Of a DNA stretch of 64,000 nucleotides, positions 13,759-22,870 are shown in pieces. Under the pieces are notes generated by a model that was not told where the DNA came from, made no database searches, and saw only the letters and a program-made list of their open reading frames with translations. The stretch covers positions 3,100,001-3,164,000 of the forward strand of contig NW_024704743.1 in assembly GCF_018977255.1 (NCBI RefSeq), read 5' to 3'. A program made the position numbers and the translations under genes. The stretch is from Callorhinchus milii. Taxonomy: Eukaryota. Position 1 is the stretch's first letter; each line of letters opens with the position of its first letter.

Positions 13759-14536
13759 CTGTGTATATGTTGCTGTGAAGGTGGGGACCAACTGAGCATT
13801 TGGTCAAACGTTTCTATGAGATGTTATTTTGTCCCCCAAAATATCAGCCGCGTTTCACACACAGCACATGGCCTCCATCAAGGCCACACCCCCCCCCCCC
13901 CACCACCACCACCACCACCAGCCCTCTCTCTCGGACTCCCCCAGAGCCTGGGCCTAGGCTGCCCGCGCGCTCCCCCCGGGCTCGGGTACCTGGGCTCCTC
14001 GCTCTCCCCTCCCCTCCCCGGGGCCTGGGCTTAGGGCTCTCCCCTCCCCGGGAGGCCTGAGGCCCGGGGCTGCCCGCTCTCCCCTCCCCTCCTCCCCTCC
14101 CCTCCTCCCCCTCCTCGGGGGCCTGGGGCCCGGGGCTGCCCGCTCTCCCCTCCCCCCCACCCCGGGGCCCGGGCTCCCCGCCCTCCCCTCCCCGGGGCCC
14201 GGGGCTCCCCGCTCTCCCCTCCCCACCCCGGGGCCCGGGCTGCCCGCTCTCCCTCCCCTCCCTTCCCCGGGGCCCGGGGCTGTCCGCTCTCCCCTCCCCT
14301 CCCCGGGGCCCGGGGCTGCCCGCTCTCCCCTCCCCGGGGCCCGGGCTGCCCGCCCTCCCCTCCCCTCCCCGGGGCCCGGTCTGCCCGCCCTCCCCTCCCC
14401 TCCCCGGGGCCCGGGCTGCCCGCCCTCCCCCGCCCTCCCCGGGCTCGGGTACCTTCTTGTCCCAGATCTGGAGCGGTTTGCTGCCGATGCTGTACAGGAT
14501 GGAGAGGAAGCCGCTCTGGAAGGTGTTCTTGAACAT
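7963..14536 (-). CDS. CFAP20: Cilia- and flagella-associated protein 20 (CFAP20/BUG22); complement(join(7963..7965,9134..9244,9582..9770,10172..10283,11589..11668,14453..14536)), 192 aa
   Basis: The spliced translation [75 protein letters not shown]...[13 protein letters not shown] is nearly identical to vertebrate CFAP20 as I recall it. All introns are GT-AG and phase-consistent. The last (stop-only) exon is inferred. Confidence 0.97.
7985..8330 (-). mobile_element. CR1 LINE 3' fragment. Other copies: 1-230(+), 10850-11070, 11250-11470(-), 35645-36110(-), 44440-44650, 50040-50560(-), 59990-60460(-)
   Basis: ORF 8056..8331 reads TRGQRFKI...[17 protein letters not shown]...FKRELD, the typical CR1 ORF2 C-terminus. 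Confidence 0.85.
9134..9244 (-). CDS. CFAP20: CFAP20 exon 5 ([14 protein letters not shown]...VQNKSK)
   Basis: 111 nt; donor gtaagg. Confidence 0.95.
9582..9770 (-). CDS. CFAP20: CFAP20 exon 4 ([11 protein letters not shown]...ETLRVQ)
   Basis: 189 nt; long polypyrimidine acceptor; donor gtcagt. Confidence 0.96.
10172..10283 (-). CDS. CFAP20: CFAP20 exon 3 ([15 protein letters not shown]...FEVQ)
   Basis: 112 nt; within ORF 10073..10357; donor gtaaga. Confidence 0.96.
11589..11668 (-). CDS. CFAP20: CFAP20 exon 2 ([26 protein letters not shown])
   Basis: 80 nt; cag|GTG ... AG|gtgagt. Confidence 0.95.
14005..14447 (+). repeat. GC-rich minisatellite (about 30-35 bp, CCCCGGGGCCCGGGGCTGCCCGCTCTCCCCT) at the start of CFAP20 intron 1
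   Basis: About a dozen imperfect copies ending at the exon-1 donor. Confidence 0.9.
14453..14536 (-). CDS. CFAP20: CFAP20 coding exon 1 (MFKNTFQSG...WDKK)
   Basis: ATG at 14536; 84 nt; donor AAG|gtaccc. Confidence 0.96.
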
Positions 14537-14589
14537 GTCGCCGCCGCTCAGGGCTCCGCGGCCGCTGCTGCCCAGCGCCGGCCGGTTGC

Positions 14590-14720
14590 TGGGCTGGTCG
14601 CTAAGGCGGTTACCATGGCGCCGCTGCGGGGCGTTGCTAAGCGCGTTGCCATGGCACTCCCCCCCCCCCCCCCCGCCCCCCCCGGGTTCTGTTTGGGGAG
14701 CCACGTTACCCGGGTGATGC
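14590..14720. promoter_or_regulatory. CFAP20 CpG-island promoter with clustered RFX X-box-like motifs
   Basis: GTTACCATGGCGCC (14609-14622), GTTGCCATGGCACT (14645-14658) and GTTACCCGGGTGAT nearby. X-boxes are typical of ciliary gene promoters. Confidence 0.7.
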
Positions 14721-15584
14721 ACCCTTCCCAGGGGGGGGGGGGGGGGGGGGGGGGGGGTGACAGGTCATCGGGCAAAGAGGGTGCCGCACGCAGGAGTCCC
14801 GTCAGCTTTCCAACGGGGTTCGAGCCCCGCCCGGCCCCGCCCGCCCAGCCGGGGATCGGGTGGGGGGGGCGAAACGTTGGGCGGGCTTGCTTCGCTCGGC
14901 ACGTACCCCCCCCCCGCCCGGCCCCCGGCCCCCGGTCGCCCCGGTTTGTGGGAGGGGCGCGGCCGCCGGGTTCCGCCCGCAAAATGCGCGGTGGGTTCGC
15001 TTTGCGGCCCGTGCTGTGCGGCGCCTCGAGACGCCTCGAAGACGTGATAAGGCGCGACATCGAGTGCAAGGATTCTTACTGTTATTACCGAGTTACTGTA
15101 CACAGAGGGGATAGAGTCACTGTTCGGATCAGACGATAGGAACAGGAATAGGACATTCAGCCCCTCGAGCTGTTCCGCCATTCTGTAAGATTGTGGCTGA
15201 TCTGTACTTCAACTCCAATTATCTGTCTTTACTCCATATCCCTTGATACCCTTACCTAACAAATATCTATATATCTATTTTATATTAACATGGTCACTGT
15301 TAACATCAGGACTAACTCTAAACGTGAGATGGTGGATTTCCTCAAGTCCAAGATTCAGGGGATCCGCTCTGTTGCCTCCGTCCTTTCTATCTCCCTCTTT
15401 CCCCGGCTTCCACCTATCACTCCCTTTTGACCCTGTCACCCCCTCTACTCTCACCTCCATTATTTCCCAAATGTAGCCCATCACCTGCTCTCTTGACCCC
15501 ATGGCTACCCCTCTAACGTAGCTCCCAGCTCCACCTCCTTGTCGCCGTTTAATGGCACGGTACACACTCCTTTAAAAATCACCC

Positions 15585-16644
15585 CAGACACCCGCCGGTC
15601 ACGGTGACGGGTTTCCATGTGTGTCAGACACCCGCCCGGTCACGGTGACGGGTTTCCATGTGTGTCAGACACCCGCTGGTCACGGTGATGGGTTTCCATG
15701 TGTGTCAGACACCCGACCGGTCACGGTGACGGGTTTCCGTGTGTGTCAGACACCCGACCGGTCATGGTGACAGGTTTCCATGTGTGTCAGACACCCGACC
15801 GGTCACGGTGACAGGTTTCCATGTGTGTCAGACACCCGCCCGGTCACGGTGACGGGTTTCCATGTGTGTCAGACTCCCGCTGGTCACGGTGACGGGTTTC
15901 CATGTGTGTCAGACACCCGCTGGTCACGGTGATGGGTTTCCATGTGTGTCAGACAACCGACCGGTCACGGTGATGGGTTTCCATGTGTGTCAGACACCCG
16001 CTGGTCACGGTGACGGGTTTCCATGTGTGTCAGACACCCGACCGGTCATGGTGACGGGTTTCCATGCGTGTCAGACACCCGACCGGTCACGGTGACGGGT
16101 TTCCATGTGTGTCAGACACCCGCTGGTCACGGTGACGGGTTTCCATGTGTGTCAGACACCCGACCGGTCACGGTGATGGGTTTCCATGTGTGTCAGACAC
16201 CCGACCGGTCACGGTGATGGGTTTCCATGTGTGTCAGACACCCGACCGGTCACGGTGATGGGTTTCCATGTGTGTCAGACACCCGACCGGTCACGGTGAT
16301 GGGTTTCCATGTGTGTCAGACACCCGCTGGTCACGGTGACGGGTTTCCATGTGTGTCAGACACCCGCTGGTCACGGTGATGGGTTTCCATGTGTGTCAGA
16401 CACCCGCTGGTCACGGTGACGGGTTTCCCTGTGTGTCAGACACCCGCTGGTCACGGTGACGGGTTTCCCTGTGTGTCAGACACCCGCTGGTCACGGTGAC
16501 GGGTTTCCATGTGTGTCAGACACCCGCCGGTCACGGTGACGGTTTTCCGTGTGTGTCAGACACCCGGCTGGTCACGGTGACGGGTTTCCGTGTGTGTCAG
16601 ACATCCATAGGTCACGGTGACGGATTTCCGTGCGTGTCAGACAC
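15585..16644 (+). repeat. 40-41 bp minisatellite (CAGACACCCGCTGGTCACGGTGACGGGTTTCCATGTGTGT), about 26 copies
   Basis: Head-to-tail near-identical units without spacers. Confidence 0.97.
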
Positions 16645-16679
16645 TCAGTTGGTGGTGAGAAACTTCAGCCTCAGTGGCA

Positions 16680-16931
16680 GCGGACTACATCTCCCACGAT
16701 ACCTTGCGGTAGCTTCCGGTAGGTAGAGTTCGCGGAGGGAGGGGGGGGGAAGGGGGTGCGCGGCGGTGTCGCCTCACGTGACCAGCCAGCCAGCGCAGCT
16801 CCGCGCTCCGATTGGTCGGCCGCCGCGTCAATCGAGGCGGCGCGTCGGCTCGGCCCGCCTCCCCGCCGCCGCGCGCACGTGACCGTAACTTCCGGTGGCG
16901 GCGGCGGCGGCGCGTGCGGGCGGGCGGGTGG
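16680..16931 (+). promoter_or_regulatory. HGH1: HGH1 CpG-island promoter and non-coding exon 1 (donor GTGAGT at 16932)
   Basis: ZNF143/SBS-like ACTACATCTCCCACGATAC (16684-16702), two CACGTGAC E-boxes, an inverted CCAAT (GATTGG), two ETS CTTCCGG sites and a GC box. Confidence 0.7.
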
Positions 16932-17099
16932 GTGAGTGACGGTTGGAAATCAAATCTCTCGGCCGTTTAATGGCGGTTTGTAACCGTTAAAATTTTTTTT
17001 GTGTATATATATATATCTTTCTGACACGAGAGAGAGAGAGAGAGAGAGAAAGAGAGTCTGGTTCTCCGCCAACAGCGTAAGGTCAGCACTTGTATTATG

Positions 17100-17697
17100 A
17101 TAATAATAATAATAATAATAATAATAATCCTCGCATTTGATATAGCGCTTTTCACGTCGGGAGAGGACGTCCCAAAGCGCTTCGCGGAACACACTGTCGA
17201 GTGAATCGACTGTACGTTTGTGGGCGAACGCGGCAGCCGATTGCGCACAGCGACGCCCCACGGACAGTCGTGGGTTGAAGACGAGCAATTTTTATTCTTG
17301 GTTTTGGGTTTTCGGAGCGATTATTATTCGGGCTCCGCCTGTGCGGAGTAAGGAAACTTGCCCGAGGTTCGGCCCTCCGCCGGGGATTGAACCCGGGTCT
17401 CTCGCTCGCCACGTTTCCTTACTCCACACAGAGCCTCATAATAATCCCTCCAAAAAAACCAAAACAATAATAAATTGGTCATTTTCAATCCGCGACTGTT
17501 TGTGGGACATCGCTGTGTGCAATCGGCTGCCGCGTTCGCCCACAAATATACAGTCAATTCACTTTACAGTGTGTTCTGTGAAGCGCTTTGGGACGTCCTC
17601 TCCCGACCTGAAAAGCACTATATCAAATGCGAGGATTATTATTATTATTATTATTATTAAAGCGAGCGCTCTGTGACCGCTGAGCTGCAGGACTCCA
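17100..17697. mobile_element. Nested, oppositely oriented SINE pair in HGH1 intron 1
   Basis: A reverse copy (17100-17410, resuming 17659-17697) is interrupted by a forward copy (17413-17658). Confidence 0.85.
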
Positions 17698-17806
17698 TGT
17701 ACGCTCCTTGTATACTGCGTGAAGCCTAAGAATCAGAGGTATTTCTTCTCGTTGCAGAGTTTGGAGCGACGGTCGGGGGGAGCTGGAGCCAGGAGGAGGC
17801 TTTGCC

Positions 17807-18348
17807 ATGTTGGCTGAAGATCAGGCAAGGGAACTGCTATCTTTCCTGTCGCTGGACACACGGGCCGACGTGAAGGGCCAGGCCACGGGGTACCTGCTTG
17901 GGCTCACCGGCAGCAAGGATGGCTGCGAGTACTTGGGGCAGAGAGTGGACTTCCTGCGGGCGCTGCTGAGGCTAACCGAGGACCGCTCGCCTGCCGTGGT
18001 CAAGGATTGCTACTTCGTCCTCGTCAACCTGTCCGCGGAGGAGTCTGCCCACGACGCGCTGGTGAAGGGAGCAGGGCTGCTTCCAGTCCTCCTGAAAAAC
18101 TTACTGGACCCGGGCTACCAGTTTTCTGACCAGATCTGTTCCATTCTCTCCAATCTCTCCCGGAGAGAGGCCACATGTCCAGCGGTGTTGCGAGCCATCC
18201 AGACCGAAGAGATTGGTCTGGCCCGCATCGTGGAGATTTTTTGCACTGAGGGTTACAACAGGAAAGCTTCACTCCATTACTTGGGTCCCCTGCTCTCCAA
18301 TCTCACCCAGTTACCAGAGGCCAGGCATTTTGTCCTGGATAAGGACAG
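17807..18348 (+). CDS. HGH1: HGH1 first coding exon (acceptor at 17758, ATG 17807)
   Basis: N-terminal 180 codons of ORF 17807..18874; donor AG|gtcagt. Confidence 0.94.
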
Positions 18349-21300
18349 GTCAGTCATCTTTCCTTTGCCTCTAACTTGTAGTAAGGTTCAGGAATGTTTA
18401 AACATTAGATCTGTGCACTCAGCCGCCTCTACCCTCCCAACAGCTGCTTCCTCCCCATCTCCCCCCTACACACCAGCCCCTGCCCATCCCTCCCTCCACG
18501 CCTTCGAACCTGTCTCCCCTTCCTCTCTCACCACCATTATAACCCACTTGAAACCCACCAACTGCTCACCTCGACTCCATCCCGATCCTTATCTCCCAGC
18601 TCCATCTCTTTGTCCTTTTACTCATAGACCTCATCAACCTCTCCCTGTCCACTGGTACCGTTACCACCCCCTTATAAAAAGCCGTCATCACCCCTATTTT
18701 CAAAAAAAAATCCCTGCTCTCAAATTACTGCCCCATCTCCAACCTCCCTTTCCAAGGTCCTTGAACGAGTCGTTGCTTCCCAGCTTCGCTCCTTCATCTC
18801 GTGCCACTCCCGATACAAACCCTTCCAATCGGGTTTCCATGCTGCCCATAGGATTATTAACCCCGGAAAAGTGATCCGCCAATTGACTAACAACAGGGTT
18901 TCTACTTACTGCTAGGTAAACAGAGGCATGTGGAGTAAGGAAATTGGCCAACTTTTCGCCCTCCATGGGAATCGAACCCAGGTCCACTCGTTTGTGAGGC
19001 GAGGTGCTCTATCCACTAAGCTACAGGGCTGCACTGTATGTGGTGATGAGATGGGGGGAATTAACTGTCTCCCTGTGTCTGTCTAATGCAATGTCTGTGT
19101 TTGTATCACAGGTGTGTGGTTCAGCGGCTCCTGCCCTATACCCAGTTCCAGGACTCTACTGTGCGGAGAGGAGGTGTGGTGGGCACCCTCAGGAACTGCT
19201 GCTTTGACTATTGTGAGTCTTCTGCATGTTTTTATTATGCCCCTCTTTAGCTCATGTTCAGATTTGGGCTGGTGACAACTCTTGTCCAAGCTGTCCACCA
19301 ATGTCTCTGCTTTCTTTCACCTTCTTTCTCTGTGTTATTCTATCTTTAATCATTTCTATTTCCTTTTGGTCTCCATGAGCCCATATCCCCTCTGCCTTAT
19401 AAACTCTACTCTAATCCTATTCCCTGCTCTCTCTCCATCGTGTCTGTGCTGCTGCTCGCTCCCCCACTGGAACTCTCTACTCTAAACCCATTCCCTGCTC
19501 TCTCCCCATCATGTCTGTACTGGTGCTCACTCCCCCACGGAAGCTGGCTACTCCAGTACCATTCCCTGCTCTCTCCCCATTATGTCTGTGCTGGTGCTCA
19601 CTCCCCTCCGGAGCTCTCTACTTGAGTCCCAGGTAAGGTCGTAGTAGTACAAGTTCGTACCCACAGGAGAAGCAGGTCGAGGAATGCCATGTTTGCTTAG
19701 AAGATGAGCGATGCGGTTTGGCATTTGTCTCCTAAATGAACAAGTGATCTGCATGGATTACAGGGACAGCCCCTGCTTCCCCTCCCCCTTGTTTTATACC
19801 ATACAGTTAAAATATTATGTCTGTCTTAATCTCAGATATCTTCTTCCTTCCTATCAGCCTACCACTCGTGGCTGTTGAGCGATCAAGTGGACCTCCTGCC
19901 TTTCCTGCTGCTGCCGCTGGCAGGTCCTGAGGAATTAAGCGAGGATGAAATGGAAGGTAAGATCAGGCAGACTGCTTTGGCAAGAGTGCATGGGGGTAAC
20001 CAGCACCAAATCCTTCTCCGTTCTCTGCAGGCGGAGCAGTTGGGTTTACAGTTAGCCTCATTGTCGCCTGGGATATCATTTGCTGGGTGGTGAGGGTGTT
20101 GAGCTGACTGCCTGTGATGTGTGTTGGCTGTGCTGTGTGTGGGCTGTGCTTTATGTAGGCCAATTGCCTGTGCTGTGTATTACAGGGTTGCCTGTGGATC
20201 TCCAGTATCTGCCCGAGGACAAGCAGCGAGAGAAGGACCCAGATATCCGCAAAATGCTCATTGAGGCCATTAACCTTGTAAGTGATGGACGAGGTGGGGT
20301 GTCTGTGTTGTGGGGGTGTCTGTGTACTGGAATTCACAAATGAGGTCCTCTCTCTGTGTGAAAGGGTCCCTCTGCCTCCTTATCCTCCTTGATCTCTTCA
20401 CTTCTCTCAACATCATACCATTCTCCTCCACCGCCTCTCCTCCTGCAGCGTGTCCCTCACTCAGTGGAACCACATTCTACTGGTTCCAGCCCTACTTAAC
20501 TAAATGGCACTTTGTCATAGCACTTTGTCTCTGCAATGGAGTTCCAGAGGGTGGGAGCAGAACAACAAATTGTATTTATACAGCGTATTTTACGATAGGT
20601 TGACCTCCCAAGGCACTGGACCATAATTTGCATCTGACCTGGGGGTTGCGAAGCATCAGTGGTCGGATCTTCAGCCTTTCTGTTCCACCCTTTGGAACTC
20701 CATCCCTCAGTTCCTTTGCCTCGCTCCTTCCCTTGCTTCTTTCAAGGCACGTCTCAAGACTCATTCTCTTTGACAGTGCCTTCGGGCACCTTCCTACCCC
20801 CACATTTCCTGCCCTCCACCCACCCCGATCCCAACCCTTAGCTTGGGTCCAAATCCCTGACTGTCCAGCTCCTCGGGACGTCCTCCCGACGTGAAAAAAG
20901 CTATACACATGTAATTTGTTGTTAGACAGGTATCAGAAAGATTAGAGAGCTCAGGTGGGCTAATAGGGCTGAAGGAGGCGGTAGCAGCAGGGAAGGAGAG
21001 ACTGTGAAAGGATAGGAAGGTGCACGTGAGGATCTTGAAGCTGACGTGCTGGGGAACCAGTAATGTCACTTGAACATCAATCCCTTGCTCTTACCTCTCA
21101 GTTGACGGCGACTAAAAGTGGGCGAGAGCAAGTGCGGGAGAGGAATGCCTATGTGGTGGTGCGGGAACTGCACAAGTGGGAGCCGGAGCCGGACGTTCAA
21201 GCAGCCTGTGAGAAGCTAGTGCAGGTGGGAACACAGGAGCTCTGCTCTCTATCTCTCCCTTTCCCTGTCCCTTCCCATCACTGTGTGTCACTGCTCTCTC

Positions 21301-21730
21301 TTCCCCCCTCTCACCACTCACACACACATTCACTTACACACTCACTCACAATCACAAAAAGCCCCACTGTGTCCCACTGGTCTCTTTTCCTCCCTCCTGC
21401 ACAAAAAACTACTTTATTTTGGTCATGCAGGTGTCCAGCACAGACAGGAACCTAGTACCAGGCTTAAAAATACCCAAACCAGACAGAGTTCCACGAGTAT
21501 ATGCCACCTATGTATCTCTCCAGGTGCTGATATCAGACGAGCCCGAGGAGGGGATGGAGAATCTCCTAGAGGTGGAAGTGCCAGAAGAGATCGACGAGAA
21601 ACTAAGGCAGCAGGATGAGGAAGAGCAGCGGCTCATCGAGAAGGAACGAGAGGAGCTTCTGAAGAAGGAAGAAGAGAAGGAGAATGGGGAGAGAGCGCGA
21701 GGAGAAAGGCCAGCAGGACTGGGGAGATAA
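17807..21730 (+). CDS. HGH1: Protein HGH1 homolog (eEF2 chaperone, armadillo-like); join(17807..18348,19112..19212,19858..19956,20186..20277,21102..21224,21524..21730), 387 aa
   Basis: Motifs LVNLSA, HYLGPLLSNLTQLPEAR, VRRGGVVGTLRNCCF, LLPFLLLPLAGPEE, LPVDLQYLPEDKQRE, DEPEEGMENLLEVEVP. Exon phases add to 1164 nt ending in TAA. Confidence 0.95.
19112..19212 (+). CDS. HGH1: HGH1 coding exon 2 (CVVQRLLPYTQF...NCCFDY)
   Basis: 101 nt, GT-AG, phase 2 to phase 1. Confidence 0.93.
19400..19625 (-). repeat. Short tandem array of a unit of about 65 bp related to a CR1 3' end (also 26294-26410, 9420-9505, 45060-45190)
   Basis: Unit CCCTGCTCTCTCCCCATCATGTCTGTGCTGGTGCTCGCTCCCCCACTGGAGCTCTCTACTCTAA; near 45010-45190 it follows CR1-terminal sequence. 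Confidence 0.7.
19858..19956 (+). CDS. HGH1: HGH1 coding exon 3 (YHSWLLSDQVDLLPFLLLPLAGPEELSEDEME)
   Basis: 99 nt; donor gtaaga. Confidence 0.93.
20186..20277 (+). CDS. HGH1: HGH1 coding exon 4 (LPVDLQYLPEDKQREKDPDIRKMLIEAINL)
   Basis: 92 nt; donor gtaagt. Confidence 0.93.
21102..21224 (+). CDS. HGH1: HGH1 coding exon 5 (LTATKSGREQVR...ACEKLVQ)
   Basis: 123 nt, phase 0 at both ends. Confidence 0.93.
21524..21730 (+). CDS. HGH1: HGH1 last coding exon (VLISDEPEEGMENLLEV...GLGR*)
   Basis: 207 nt to TAA; acidic C-terminus; candidate AATAAA at 23121-23126. Confidence 0.92.
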   Translation: MLISDEPEEGMENLLEVEVPEEIDEKLRQQDEEEQRLIEKEREELLKKEEEKENGERARGERPAGLGR

Positions 21731-22449
21731 TGCTGTGCTGTGCTGTGCTGAAAGACTATACCAAGCTATGATACTGCTAATCCCTTTAATGTCAGGTCTC
21801 AGCTTGGCTCAGTTGGTCGTGCTCTTGTCACTGGGGTTAAAAAGTTGTGCGTTCAAGCCTCATGCCAGCAGTTGAGCTCCATCCAGCGCAGTAAAGGTGG
21901 AGCTCTGCATCAGCACAGGTGCAATCCTTCAGATGAGCTGTTAAAACAGATCTCAACTGTGCCTGTTCAGGTAGGACGGAAGTGAAAGATCCCGCGGTGG
22001 TATTCAAAAAAAAAAGAAGAGAGTTTGTCACAGTGTCCTGTCTGCTGTTCCTCCCGATTAATTTTGTCCACAAACTACACAATTCACTTTACTATATATC
22101 CTGTGAAGCGCTTTCAGACATCTCGAAGGCATGATAAGCGCTATATCAAACACAAGGATTATTATTAATTAATCATTCACCTCAAAGCTGTGTGTGTGCG
22201 TAACCTTGCTATGTACGAAATGGTCTTTGCTTACAAACACACTCGCTGCCTTTGACCGCATTGCTCTGAATCGCTTTGTGGTGTTTGGATGTGATCTAGT
22301 GCGATAGAAATGACCTTGTATGACTTAGCCTACATCTTTATGGAACCTTTCACAATGTGGAAGGAGTATGTGTGTGCCAGGCAGGTGCGGTGAGGTGGTG
22401 AGTGGGTGCTGCTATCGAGCCAAGGCAGTCCCCTCTCTGACATCTGCCA

Positions 22450-22870
22450 AATAAGTCCCTTCATAGAGTTCAAAAATCTTGCCTTCGCCTTCAAAGCCCT
22501 CCACGGCCTTGCTCCTTCCTACCCGTGACCTACTAACACCATTTCAACATCTCCGCTCAGCAGACTCCGGCCTGCTCCACGTCACCCAGCCCGCCCCACC
22601 ATTGGCAATTGGGCCTTCAGCCTCTCTGCCCCAACCCTTTGGAACTCCAGCCTACAGTTCATTCGCCTCGCGCTCTCCCTTACCTCCTTCAAAGCACGTC
22701 TCAAGACCCTCCTCTTTGACCGCACCTTTAGCCACTCTTCTAGCCCCACCCTCCCCATCCTCACCCCTCCTGATCCCAACCCCCAGCTCGGGTCCAAATC
22801 TCTGACTAGCCAGTGCATTGGGACATCCTGCTGATGTGAAAGGTGCTGTGTAAATGTAATTTGTTGTTAT
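22450..22870 (+). mobile_element. L2 LINE 3' fragment. Other copies: 18420-18850, 20340-20920, 30885-31135, 36700-37250(-), 40340-40565, 47350-47995, 50640-50945, 57470-58045, 62500-62885(-)
   Basis: Degenerate ORF2 C-terminal sequence (GPSAS/APTLWN..F.T.LKT.LF) and tail GGGACGTCCTCCCGACGTGAAAGGCGCTAT..AAATG..(GTT)n. Confidence 0.75.

Noticed and set aside
13844-14722. 292-aa ORF extending CFAP20 at both ends
   Set aside because: Only 14453-14536 matches CFAP20. The rest is promoter sequence and the intronic GC repeat.
15585-16644. CRISPR-like array
   Set aside because: Units are contiguous with no unique spacers, there are no cas genes, and the context is vertebrate. It is a minisatellite.
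18349-18874. C-terminal half of ORF 17807..18874
   Set aside because: Read-through past the donor into an intronic L2 fragment.
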